Source: Opitutales bacterium
GTDB taxonomy: Bacteria > Verrucomicrobiota > Verrucomicrobiia > Opitutales > Seribacteraceae
Assembly: GCA_029251885.1 (NCBI GenBank)
Contig: JAQXCL010000097.1
Location: 1-54,312 of the forward strand
Direction: 5' to 3'
DNA: 54,312 bases
The notes beneath the pieces were generated by a model. The model did no database searches and had not been told where the DNA came from. It saw nothing but the letters and a program-made list of their open reading frames with translations. Position 1 is the stretch's first letter. Each line of letters opens with the position of its first letter. Positions 45,778 to 54,312 of this stretch are shown here, piece by piece. The translations under genes and the position numbers were made by a program.

Positions 45778-48558
45778 ATGGCACAGACAAAGAAGACCAA
45801 ATCGGCCAAAACTAAATCGGCCAAGAAAGCCCCCGCCAAGATGGCGAATAAAGCCAAGGACATTAAATATGTCTACGACTTCGGAAAGAAGACGGACGGA
45901 GATGCCAAGTTGCGTGAACTGCTTGGAGGAAAAGGAGCCAATTTGGCTGAGATGGCCCGTATCGGATTGCCCGTGCCTCCAGGATTTACCATTACCACCG
46001 AGGTTTGTACCCATTATTATGCTAACAAACGCACTTATCCTAAGGTTTTGGATACACAAATCCGTAAGTCTGTAGAGTTAATGGAAAAACAGTTGGGTAA
46101 AAAATTGGGCGATTTGAAGACCCCTCTTTTATTATCTGTCCGCTCGGGTGCTCGCGATTCTATGCCTGGTATGATGGATACCATCCTCAACCTTGGTTTG
46201 AATGATGAAACCGTTGAGGCATTGGCTTCCTCCTCTGGTAATGCACGTTTCGCCTGGGATTGTTACCGCAGGTTTATTCAAATGTACGGCGACGTGGTCA
46301 TGGGAGTACAAAAGCTTCCTTCTGAAGATCATGACCCATTTGAAGAAATAATTGAGAAATTTAAGGCAGAGATTTTTCCTAAGCAAAAAGGCGAGGTTGA
46401 TGATTCCAAAATCTCCGTAACTCAGATGAAGGAATTGGTAAACCGATTCAAGATTTTGGTTAAAAAACGTACTGGGAAAGATTTCCCCACTTGCCCTTGG
46501 GAGCAACTTGAAGGTTCCGTCGGTGCGGTGTTTGGATCCTGGATGAATGACCGAGCCATTGTATATCGTCGGAAATATGGTATCCCTGCAGCGTGGGGAA
46601 CCGCGGTGAATGTTCAAGCGATGGTTTTTGGAAATACTGGGAAGAAATCGGGTTCCGGAGTTGCTTTTACACGCGATCCAGCATCAGGAGAGAAGGTACT
46701 TTATGGTGAATTTCTTACCGATGCCCAGGGCGAAGATGTTGTCGCAGGTGTGCGTACGCCCCGTCCTGTCGCTCAACTCAAAAAAGTTCTTCCCAACCCC
46801 TTCAAGGAATTAGTTGCGGTTCAAAAAACTTTGGAAAAGCATTTCAAAGACATGCAGGATTTTGAGTTTACCATCGAGGAAGAGAAACTCTACATGTTGC
46901 AAACCCGAAACGGTAAAAGAACCGGGCTTGCTGCAGTTCGTATTGCGGTTGAAATGGTAAAGGAACGTTTGATTGATTGGAAGACCGCGATCAATCGCGT
47001 GCCAGCCGATCAGTTAGATCAAGTGCTTTCTCCAGTTTTTGATGCGGCTGCCCAAAAAGCAGCTGACACCCTTTGTAAGGGATTGCCTGCTGGACCAGGT
47101 GCTGCATCTGGTCGCGTCTGCCTAAATGCGGAACGTGCGGTAGAAGCAGCCAAGTCAGGAAAGGTATTGCTTGTGCGCCAAGAAACCTCTCCTGAAGACT
47201 TGCGCGGAATGATTGCCGCAGAAGGAATATTAACTGCCCGCGGAGGTGTTTCGTCGCATGCTGCTTTAGTTGCGCGCCAAATGGGTAAAGTTTGTGTATG
47301 CGGAGCTGCCGCTCTGGAAATCGATTACAAAGCCCGTACCGTAAAAGTTGGTAAGAAAACCTTCAAAGAAGGTGATTTCATGTCAATTAACGGAACCAAT
47401 GGTGAAGTATTTGGCGGTGAGTTGAAGACTGCTCCATCTGAAATCATTCAGGTTTTGGTCGATAAAAAATTATCTCCGAAGAAAAGCCGAGATTATCAAA
47501 ACTTTTCCAAGTTGATGAAATGGTGTGAACAAGCAACTAAGATGGATGTTCGAACCAATGCAGATTCACCTACACAAGTTGCCAACGCAATTGCCTTTGG
47601 AGCTAGTGGAATTGGACTATGCCGGACCGAACATATGTTCTTTGAGGGGAATCGAATCGATGCGATGCGCCAGATGATCTTGGCCGATGATGAAAAGAAT
47701 CGACGGACTGCCCTCAAGAAGCTCCTTCCTTTTCAGCGTAAAGATTTCACTGGGATATTTAAGGCATTGGAAGGGCGACCTGCGACCATTCGCTTATTGG
47801 ATCCTCCCTTGCACGAATTCCTTCCGCATGATCAAAATTCGCAACGTGACCTCGCCAAAAAGCTCGGTGTTCCTTTAGCCACAGTAAAACGTCGCGTTGA
47901 AGATCTTCACGAGTTTAATCCCATGCTTGGCCATCGCGGTTGCCGACTTGGCATTTCTTATTCTGAAATTACAGAGATGCAAACTCAGGCAATCATTGAG
48001 GCTGCTTTAGCTGTTCAAGAATCTGGCATTGAAGTAAAACCCGAAATTATGGTTCCGTTGGTTGGTTTTGCCAAGGAACTTGAATTACAAGTTGAGGTTA
48101 TTCATGCAACTGCCAAGAAGGTATTTGCGGCCAAGGGTAAAAAGGTGAAATACTTGGTTGGAACCATGATTGAAATTCCCCGTGCAGCTTTGGTTGCAGA
48201 TGAAATTGCTAAAACAGCTCAGTTCTTCAGTTTTGGAACGAATGATTTGACCCAAACAACCCTCGGTATGAGCCGTGATGATTCAGGAAGCTTTCTTCCT
48301 AACTACACTGAAATGGATGTGGTCTCGGCTAATCCTTTTGCAAGCGTTGATCAAACTGGTGTTGGGCAACTTATGGAAATCGCGGTCAAGAAGGGTAAGT
48401 CTTCTCGTCGTGGAATAAAATTGGGTATTTGCGGAGAACATGGAGGTGATCCTTCAAGTGTCGTTTTCTGCCATAATATCGGATTAAATTATGTCAGTTG
48501 TTCTCCGTTTCGTGTACCTACTGCACGACTTGCAGCTGCTCAGGCTGCTGTTTCTTAA
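45778..48558 (+). CDS. ppdK: Pyruvate, phosphate dikinase
   Basis: [41 protein letters not shown] (phospho-His), GLCRTEHMF and [10 protein letters not shown]. Confidence 0.97.
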   Translation: MAQTKKTKSAKTKSAKKAPAKMANKAKDIKYVYDFGKKTDGDAKLRELLGGKGANLAEMARIGLPVPPGFTITTEVCTHYYANKRTYPKVLDTQIRKSVELMEKQLGKKLGDLKTPLLLSVRSGARDSMPGMMDTILNLGLNDETVEALASSSGNARFAWDCYRRFIQMYGDVVMGVQKLPSEDHDPFEEIIEKFKAEIFPKQKGEVDDSKISVTQMKELVNRFKILVKKRTGKDFPTCPWEQLEGSVGAVFGSWMNDRAIVYRRKYGIPAAWGTAVNVQAMVFGNTGKKSGSGVAFTRDPASGEKVLYGEFLTDAQGEDVVAGVRTPRPVAQLKKVLPNPFKELVAVQKTLEKHFKDMQDFEFTIEEEKLYMLQTRNGKRTGLAAVRIAVEMVKERLIDWKTAINRVPADQLDQVLSPVFDAAAQKAADTLCKGLPAGPGAASGRVCLNAERAVEAAKSGKVLLVRQETSPEDLRGMIAAEGILTARGGVSSHAALVARQMGKVCVCGAAALEIDYKARTVKVGKKTFKEGDFMSINGTNGEVFGGELKTAPSEIIQVLVDKKLSPKKSRDYQNFSKLMKWCEQATKMDVRTNADSPTQVANAIAFGASGIGLCRTEHMFFEGNRIDAMRQMILADDEKNRRTALKKLLPFQRKDFTGIFKALEGRPATIRLLDPPLHEFLPHDQNSQRDLAKKLGVPLATVKRRVEDLHEFNPMLGHRGCRLGISYSEITEMQTQAIIEAALAVQESGIEVKPEIMVPLVGFAKELELQVEVIHATAKKVFAAKGKKVKYLVGTMIEIPRAALVADEIAKTAQFFSFGTNDLTQTTLGMSRDDSGSFLPNYTEMDVVSANPFASVDQTGVGQLMEIAVKKGKSSRRGIKLGICGEHGGDPSSVVFCHNIGLNYVSCSPFRVPTARLAAAQAAVS

Positions 48559-48595
48559 GTTTAAGTATACATTTGGATATCTTTTCTAAAATGAG

Positions 48596-48626
48596 GCCCG
48601 GGTGCTACTTGCACCCGGGCTTTGTT
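48596..48626 (+). terminator. Intrinsic terminator after ppdK
   Basis: Perfect 10-bp stem GCCCGGGTGC-TACTT-GCACCCGGGC followed by TTTGTT. Confidence 0.8.
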
Positions 48627-48652
48627 GTGTAAACATAAGTGGGATTTATTCG

Positions 48653-49933
48653 ATGTTTGAGGTAAAAGAAAAACCAAGGCTAGTTGAGCGTGCTTATTTA
48701 TTGGCTTGTGTACACTCTGAAAAAGACCGTGAGGAAGCGGATTCCTTACTGGATGAACTCGACGAATTGATTCGGAATTTGGGAATTCAAATAGTTGGCC
48801 GTAAGGTAATCCGAATTCGTAAAACCTCGCCCCGCTATATGCTTGGTAAAGGAAAGGTGGATGAAATTCTCGATGAATTAAAAGAAGTCAATGCAGATGT
48901 GATGGTTTTTGATAACGAAATATCTCCTGCTCAACAAAGAAATTGGGAAAACGAAAGCAAGATTCTTGTCATTGATAGACATGAAGTCATCTTGGATGTT
49001 TTTGCTGAACGTGCTCAGACCAAGGAAGCCAAACTACAGGTTAAACTTGCCCGCTTGGAGTATTCCTTACCACGGTTAAGGCGAGCCTGGACACATCTAG
49101 GGAGGCAACGAGGTGGTGGGGTTACACAACGGGGCGAAGGAGAGGCTCAAATCGAACTCGACCAGCGTATGTTACGGGATCAGATTTCGGTAACTCGTAA
49201 AGAAATTGTTCAGGTTTCCAAGCAAAGACAAACTGGAAGGTCTCGTAGGCAGCGCCTGCCTTTACCCTCAGTGGCCATTGTAGGTTATACAAATGCAGGA
49301 AAGACGACTTTGCTTAATACCCTTACCGGTGCCAATGCTCTTTCTGCAGACAAATTATTTGCCACGCTTGATCCAACGAGTCGTCGGTTGCGATTACCTA
49401 CAGGCCGTGTAATTGTCTTAACAGATACGGTTGGTTTCATTCGTAAATTACCTCACCGCTTGGTGGATTCTTTTAAAGCCACACTAGAAGAAGCACTTGT
49501 TGCCGATTTAATTTTACACTTAGTCGATCTGTCTAACCCAGAATATGAAGCTCAAATGGACACAACCCAAAAGGTACTGGCTGAATTGGGTGCCTCTGAT
49601 AACGAGCTGGTTACGGTCTACAATAAAGTTGACCGTGGGGGCGATGAAATAGAAATGCTTAGGGCGAAGAAAGTTGGTAAAGATTCTGTTTTTATAAGTG
49701 CTCAGACAGGGGAGGGCGTACCTCGATTAATTGATCGTTTAGAAGAAATTTTTGCAGGCAAGCGTGAGATTTTAAAGTTTTTAATTCCCTTAAGTAGATA
49801 TGATCTCGTAGCCCGGTTGAGAGACCAAGGTGAATTAACGAACGAAGAAACGAACGACGATGGTTATACTGTACTCGGATCTCCTCGCGATGGTTTGATC
49901 CATGCGCTTGAGGAATATAAGGTTTTTAATTAG
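48653..49933 (+). CDS. hflX: GTPase HflX
   Basis: SPAQQRN, EAKLQV, GEGEAQIELD, GYTNAGKT, LFATLD, DTVGFI and NKVD. The track start 48602 lies inside the terminator. Confidence 0.96.
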   Translation: MFEVKEKPRLVERAYLLACVHSEKDREEADSLLDELDELIRNLGIQIVGRKVIRIRKTSPRYMLGKGKVDEILDELKEVNADVMVFDNEISPAQQRNWENESKILVIDRHEVILDVFAERAQTKEAKLQVKLARLEYSLPRLRRAWTHLGRQRGGGVTQRGEGEAQIELDQRMLRDQISVTRKEIVQVSKQRQTGRSRRQRLPLPSVAIVGYTNAGKTTLLNTLTGANALSADKLFATLDPTSRRLRLPTGRVIVLTDTVGFIRKLPHRLVDSFKATLEEALVADLILHLVDLSNPEYEAQMDTTQKVLAELGASDNELVTVYNKVDRGGDEIEMLRAKKVGKDSVFISAQTGEGVPRLIDRLEEIFAGKREILKFLIPLSRYDLVARLRDQGELTNEETNDDGYTVLGSPRDGLIHALEEYKVFN

Positions 49934-50181
49934 TTATCCTTTTCCTTGTTCCTGAGGTAGTCCACCCAGGTAACACGGAACATACTAGCGGCTATCCAAA
50001 AAACTCCTGACATGCAAAAAGATGTCATACTAGAAACAATATTGACTGCTAAAGGATCTTGAGAAGGAACATGAGGTATGAGCACTTCCCGCATGAAAAG
50101 AAAAAAGAAAACAGCGAGGACAAAATCGATCAATGCACCTTTGCGTGTGATTAAAGGTTGTTGTGTGGAATCTTCAGACAT
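49930..50181 (-). CDS. Small hypothetical membrane protein (two TM segments)
   Basis: Two hydrophobic stretches flanking PHVPS; lies directly downstream of gcvP on the same strand. Confidence 0.65.
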   Translation of the reverse strand: MSEDSTQQPLITRKGALIDFVLAVFFFLFMREVLIPHVPSQDPLAVNIVSSMTSFCMSGVFWIAASMFRVTWVDYLRNKEKDN

Positions 50182-50223
50182 AAATATTTAGGATGTAGTC
50201 GGATTGAAATAGGTCAATTCAAT

Positions 50224-53200
50224 CTAGCTTTCAATATCGTGCAAATCGAATAGGCGCTGCTTTATTTCATCCACACTTAAACTTAATAACATTTGAGGTT
50301 GTATGCGGTTACTCGGAAGAGCGGGTAAGTGGTCTAATTTCTCCGCTAAGCAAAGGTTGCGATTTGCTGAAACTTCATCAACGCGATCGATAGGAGTAAA
50401 GTGTGGGGCACCGGTTACAACTTCTGGGTATTCTTCAATTAGATCCTTGATTGCTAAAACTGCTTCAGCAAAACGGTCCAATTCTTTTTTGGTGTAGCTC
50501 TCAGTAGGTTCGATCATCAATCCGAAAACCTCAGGAAAGGCAACGGTCGGAGCATGAAAGCCAAAATCAAGAAATAATTTACCAACCTGGGGAATTGCCT
50601 GGCTTTTACTTACTCCAACTTTCTCTAAACTTGAGAAGTCCTTTTCGCTTAAAGTAAGGATGAATTCGTGCATTCTTTCAATCTTACCAGCACCAGCAGG
50701 TAGAGTAGGGTAACGGGATCGAAGAACTTCGAAAAGATAACGTGCGGAAAGTACTGCAATGGAAGACATCCTCGGTACACCTTCTTTACCAAGACGAATT
50801 AGATAAGCATATGCTCGTACTTTATGGCCAAAGTTCCCCCAGTTTCGATGAAAACGCCCTATGCTCCTCGATGGAGAGCTAGATCGATATGTTCCATCCG
50901 TTTCTTTGCAGATTTGTTTGCCAGGTAGAAAATCAACTAACCGATCAGACACCGCTACGATTGCGTCCCCAGGACCGCCCCCTCCGTGTGGAATAGTCCA
51001 AGTCTTGTGCAGGTTATTATGAACTGCATCCACCCCAAGTTTTCCTAAATCGACAATACCAGCAATGGCATTCATGTTGGCACCATCCATGTAAACCAAA
51101 CCACCTGCTCGATGAACATTCTTTGCAATTTTGGCAAAATTTTCTTCAAAAATACCTGAGGTGTTTGGGTTGGTAATCATGATACCGCAAAGATTTTTAC
51201 CGTGTTCTTCAAGTTTGGCCTGAAGATCATCTAGATCGATTGTTCCGTGGTCGTTTGCCTTTAGGTAGACGATGCCATTCCCGTATCCGGCTGTGGCCGC
51301 TGTGGCAAAATTGGTGCCATGTGCAGAGCTTGGTATTAGCACGATATTTCGTTGCTCATCATTTCGAGACTTATGATAAGCCTGAAATAGCTTCAGCCCC
51401 ACCAACTCACCTTGTGCTCCGGCAACAGGTTGGGTGGTCACACCAGCTAATCCGGTAATTGATTTGAACCACTCTTGAATTTCAAAAAGAATTTGTAAAG
51501 GACCTTGAACATCTTCTTCGGGGGCTTGGGGGTGTACTTGTGAAAAACCATCCAGACCTGCAGCCCAATCATTTAACAATGGGTTGTATTTCATCGTGCA
51601 TGAACCCAAAGGGTAGCAACCATCGTCTGGGCTAACATTCAACTCGGCTAACTGTTGGTAGTAGTTGAGTAGTTCGTCATGGGAGAAGCTGGGCAGGTTT
51701 GCAGCGTCAGTACGAAGGAGGTGAGCCGGTGTGTCTGCCTCTGTTTGGTAACTTGGACCGGCGGGGAAATACTCAAATAAAAAGTCTTTAATTAACTTGA
51801 GAGAATTTTCGTCGTGCAGGTCAGAAAAACTTATCTTGTACAACCTTTTGGATTCCTCAGGTAATCGATGGGTAACTTCAATACCTATGTGGATATTATG
51901 CAACCTAGCTTGCTTTAGAAATTGGTCATTGTTTTCGTCTACACGGATAAGCAAATCGTTAAAACTTGGAGTCTTTGGGAAAGCGATTTCAACTCCTTGT
52001 CTTTGGCGTACCCATTCTGAAACTTTTTGGCGTGCATTTAATGCAGTTGCCAAGGAATTTCTTAATCCTTTTTCTCCTTTTGCTAAAAGGTTTGCTCCTG
52101 CAACCGTTGCGAGAAAGGCTTGATTGGAACAGACATTTGAAGTGGCTTTTTCCTTTCGAATATGCTGTTCACGAGTGGACAAAACCATAACAAAACAATC
52201 GCGCCCTTGAGCATCTTTGGCTCGACCAACATAGCGCCCAGGGGTATTCCGTAAGTCTCTCTTTGCCTGGTCATGGTATCGACACCCAAATAACCCAAGG
52301 CCAGGTCCTCCGAAAGAGGGTGTGATTGCTAGGTGCTGAGCTTCTCCGGCAATAAAATCGACCCCGTTTTTCCCGAACTCAGAGGGTTGTTTGAGTCCTC
52401 CGGTAGCCAAAAGTGCAGGATCAATCACCGCGATTGAGGGAATTTCCCAAAGATTGGAAAGGTCACTTAATCGATCAACTTCTTCGAGAAGGCCTAAGGC
52501 ATTGACCTGAGGGAAAACAAAGGCGGATATGTTACCATGTTCTTTTGCTAAAAATTCTTCTAACCGATCATAGTCAATTCTTCCTGAGTTAGGGTCTAAA
52601 GGACAGAATTCAAAATTAAGATCTGTACCTTGAGCATGGGTCTCTAAGAAAGAAATATCTTCAGGGTATAGAGAAGAAGCAAGCAGGACGGAACCAGTAC
52701 GCTTTCTGGACCGACGGGCACAGGAAATGGCCTCAAATATAGCGGCTGAACGATCGTATAAGGAAGTATTAATTGCCTCAAAACCTGTAAGGCCCGACAA
52801 AACACATTGGTAAATCCAGTGTGTGACCAGAGTGCCCTGGCTGCGTTCGGGTTGGTAAGGGGTGTATGAAGTGGTGAGTGGACGCAGCCTAGAGACCTCC
52901 TCTACGATTGGGTGAACCTTCCAAACTGGGAGCAAATCTCCAATAAATGAGGTCACCAGATTGCTCGACTTAGCTATGGTTTCAAGGTGTGCCGCAGCGT
53001 CCTCGTAGGAAAGTTCAGTTGGCAAAATTGGTCCGTGTGAAAAACGTGTTTCCTGGGGAAAGTGGGCGAAGAGATCATCGAGTTTATCAACACCGGCTTT
53101 ATCCATCATCTCCGCAATATCAGAATCTGATGCTGAAATGTAGTGTCGGGGAATTTCTCGGGGGTATTCATTAGGGTCGTAGGGAAGAATACCAGTTGAG

Positions 53201-53241
53201 GAATTGCTTTTGATTGAATGTGGTGCAACGGGAGAACTCAT
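50224..53241 (-). CDS. gcvP: Glycine dehydrogenase (decarboxylating) P protein, single-chain GcvPA-GcvPB type
   Basis: TSYTPYQPERSQG, REQHIRKEKATSNVCSNQ, PLGSCTMKYNP, AHGTN, DGANMNA, PLP lysine in NLHKTW, HGGGGPG and MIEPTES. Confidence 0.94.
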   Translation of the reverse strand: MSSPVAPHSIKSNSSTGILPYDPNEYPREIPRHYISASDSDIAEMMDKAGVDKLDDLFAHFPQETRFSHGPILPTELSYEDAAAHLETIAKSSNLVTSFIGDLLPVWKVHPIVEEVSRLRPLTTSYTPYQPERSQGTLVTHWIYQCVLSGLTGFEAINTSLYDRSAAIFEAISCARRSRKRTGSVLLASSLYPEDISFLETHAQGTDLNFEFCPLDPNSGRIDYDRLEEFLAKEHGNISAFVFPQVNALGLLEEVDRLSDLSNLWEIPSIAVIDPALLATGGLKQPSEFGKNGVDFIAGEAQHLAITPSFGGPGLGLFGCRYHDQAKRDLRNTPGRYVGRAKDAQGRDCFVMVLSTREQHIRKEKATSNVCSNQAFLATVAGANLLAKGEKGLRNSLATALNARQKVSEWVRQRQGVEIAFPKTPSFNDLLIRVDENNDQFLKQARLHNIHIGIEVTHRLPEESKRLYKISFSDLHDENSLKLIKDFLFEYFPAGPSYQTEADTPAHLLRTDAANLPSFSHDELLNYYQQLAELNVSPDDGCYPLGSCTMKYNPLLNDWAAGLDGFSQVHPQAPEEDVQGPLQILFEIQEWFKSITGLAGVTTQPVAGAQGELVGLKLFQAYHKSRNDEQRNIVLIPSSAHGTNFATAATAGYGNGIVYLKANDHGTIDLDDLQAKLEEHGKNLCGIMITNPNTSGIFEENFAKIAKNVHRAGGLVYMDGANMNAIAGIVDLGKLGVDAVHNNLHKTWTIPHGGGGPGDAIVAVSDRLVDFLPGKQICKETDGTYRSSSPSRSIGRFHRNWGNFGHKVRAYAYLIRLGKEGVPRMSSIAVLSARYLFEVLRSRYPTLPAGAGKIERMHEFILTLSEKDFSSLEKVGVSKSQAIPQVGKLFLDFGFHAPTVAFPEVFGLMIEPTESYTKKELDRFAEAVLAIKDLIEEYPEVVTGAPHFTPIDRVDEVSANRNLCLAEKLDHLPALPSNRIQPQMLLSLSVDEIKQRLFDLHDIES

Positions 53242-53304
53242 AATTAGATACTATCCATGAGCACCATGACAATGAACGCAAAATCATTCACGTTTACAAA
53301 ATCT

Positions 53305-53328
53305 TTTAGGTCCTCATCAGGACCTAAA
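53305..53328. terminator. Perfect hairpin between the MORN gene and gcvP, probable terminator
   Basis: TTTAGGTCCT-CATC-AGGACCTAAA, 23 nt past the MORN gene stop. The U-tract on the minus strand is weak. Confidence 0.55.
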
Positions 53329-53351
53329 TACACAAGGATTTAAAAGTTAGT

Positions 53352-54312
53352 TTAGCGACCGATAGGTCTGCCATTGTCCCAGAAATTTCTTTCGGTAACT
53401 TCTCCGGATTGGTCAAAAAAGATTTCCTCTCCATGGAGACGACCATTGAGTAGGTTAACTTCACCTTGGGCAAGACCCTGTGGATTCAAAATTCTCATAC
53501 TACCGGTAAAAGGAGCCCCGCCTTGGCGGATACGAATGGTGTCAATCCCATCGATTAGTTCGGTAATAAAGACGGCTTCTGCTTCGCTTACAGTCCCCTC
53601 CCAATCTGCGGTATCAGTGGATTCGACTGTTTGTTTTGAGGAATTAATTTGTTCAGAGATGAAGCCCCTTTCCTTCAGTGCTTCGGCTGGTTCAGTTGCT
53701 TGATCGTTGGGTGCATCATCTGGGAGTGGCGTGGGTGTAGTATTTTTATGGGACTGAACCACCGTTATATCCTTGAGTGGAGCTGCATTTTCATCACTTG
53801 ACTGACTTGATGGATATATCTTTTCAACTATTGTTGTGGGTATGTTCGTGGCACCCAGCACGGGTTCTGATGAAGGACCGGTTTGAACCTGATAATTCAA
53901 ATTATCCTCGAGCAGAGGCTTGGATAGATTGGGTTTGGAGGATGAGGCAGGAAGTTTGGCGGGCTTGGATACAAGCTCGCCTTGTCTCCAAATCCCTTTG
54001 AGAATTCGTCCGTCAATATAGGTCAATGTGCCAGTTCCATGTTGCAAATCATCGAACCATTCACCTTCGTAGGTAACACCGTCACTAGAGAGGAAACGGC
54101 CCATTCCGTGACGTTTACCAGCAAGGAAATCGCCCTCGTATTGTGATCCATCTGGCCAATCATAAATTCCCTTACCTGTCCTTTCGTCCTTATGGTAGTC
54201 ACCTTTATAGCTTTCACCGTTTACCCATAGAAATCGACCGGTGCCATGCCTGAGATCGTCTGCGTATTCGCCATCATAAGTAGATCCGTCCAACCATCTG
54301 TAAATTCCAGAA
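53352..54312 (-). CDS. MORN-repeat protein with low-complexity linker and C-terminal MORN-variant module; 5' end outside the window
   Basis: Repeats YDGEYADDLRHGTG, YKGDYHKDERTGKG, YEGDFLAGKRHGMG and YEGEWFDDLQHGTG. The frame stays open to the edge (SGIYRWLDGSTY). Confidence 0.88.
   Translation of the reverse strand, partial: SGIYRWLDGSTYDGEYADDLRHGTGRFLWVNGESYKGDYHKDERTGKGIYDWPDGSQYEGDFLAGKRHGMGRFLSSDGVTYEGEWFDDLQHGTGTLTYIDGRILKGIWRQGELVSKPAKLPASSSKPNLSKPLLEDNLNYQVQTGPSSEPVLGATNIPTTIVEKIYPSSQSSDENAAPLKDITVVQSHKNTTPTPLPDDAPNDQATEPAEALKERGFISEQINSSKQTVESTDTADWEGTVSEAEAVFITELIDGIDTIRIRQGGAPFTGSMRILNPQGLAQGEVNLLNGRLHGEEIFFDQSGEVTERNFWDNGRPIGR

Noticed and set aside
35187-48626. Two hairpins sharing CCCGGGT and GCTTTGTT as a possible REP-like repeat family
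   Set aside because: Only two copies, with different stems and loops; both are adequately explained as intrinsic terminators.
53300-53335. CTGATGAG on the minus strand, resembling a hammerhead ribozyme core
   Set aside because: The motif sits in the loop and stem of a perfect hairpin, with no downstream GAAA or three-stem junction; a terminator-like hairpin explains it.
53242-53351. Possible glycine riboswitch upstream of gcvP
   Set aside because: No GGAGA/CCGAAG/CTCTCAGG elements, and the space is too short for the usual tandem aptamers.
1-54312. CRISPR arrays, IS elements, prophage or defence genes, rRNA
   Set aside because: No spaced direct repeats, transposase, integrase, nuclease or phage motifs, and no long non-coding stretch, were seen by eye.

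Overview
Gene-dense, moderately AT-rich bacterial chromosome segment, almost entirely housekeeping and envelope genes. Gene content and style suggest a PVC bacterium, most likely Verrucomicrobiota (Opitutales-like); this is inference only. From left to right: a TroAB-type Mn/Zn ABC importer divergent from an MntR/DtxR repressor, with a palindromic operator between them; a TIM-barrel plus two Gfo/Idh/MocA sugar-catabolic genes; an OGG1-type glycosylase; a circularly permuted ATP-grasp/alpha-E/transglutaminase triad; two divergent peptide ABC systems (Opp-like and Yej-like); a TPR-TPR-TPR-ExbB-ExbD-ExbD operon; then a gloA-like gene, DUF1080, rlmN, a Fur-family regulator, a ThuA-like gene, a Tat-exported Gfo, dcd, a degenerate SufU, uvrD/pcrA, proB, frr, pyrH, tRNA-Gln(UUG), a MORN-variant lipoprotein, TIGR00266, hslR, tatC, ppdK, hflX, a fused gcvP and a partial MORN protein. 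I saw no CRISPR array, rRNA, transposase or prophage gene. The most unusual signals are interaction modules grafted onto envelope proteins: a gap-free SAM (sterile alpha motif)-like domain in the first periplasmic loop of TatC, EF-hand pairs inside a YejB permease loop and inside a TPR lipoprotein of a TonB-less ExbB/ExbD/ExbD motor operon, and a Pro-rich tail with repeated DPF/NPF motifs on a MORN-variant lipoprotein. All calls come from reading motifs by eye; no searches were run.
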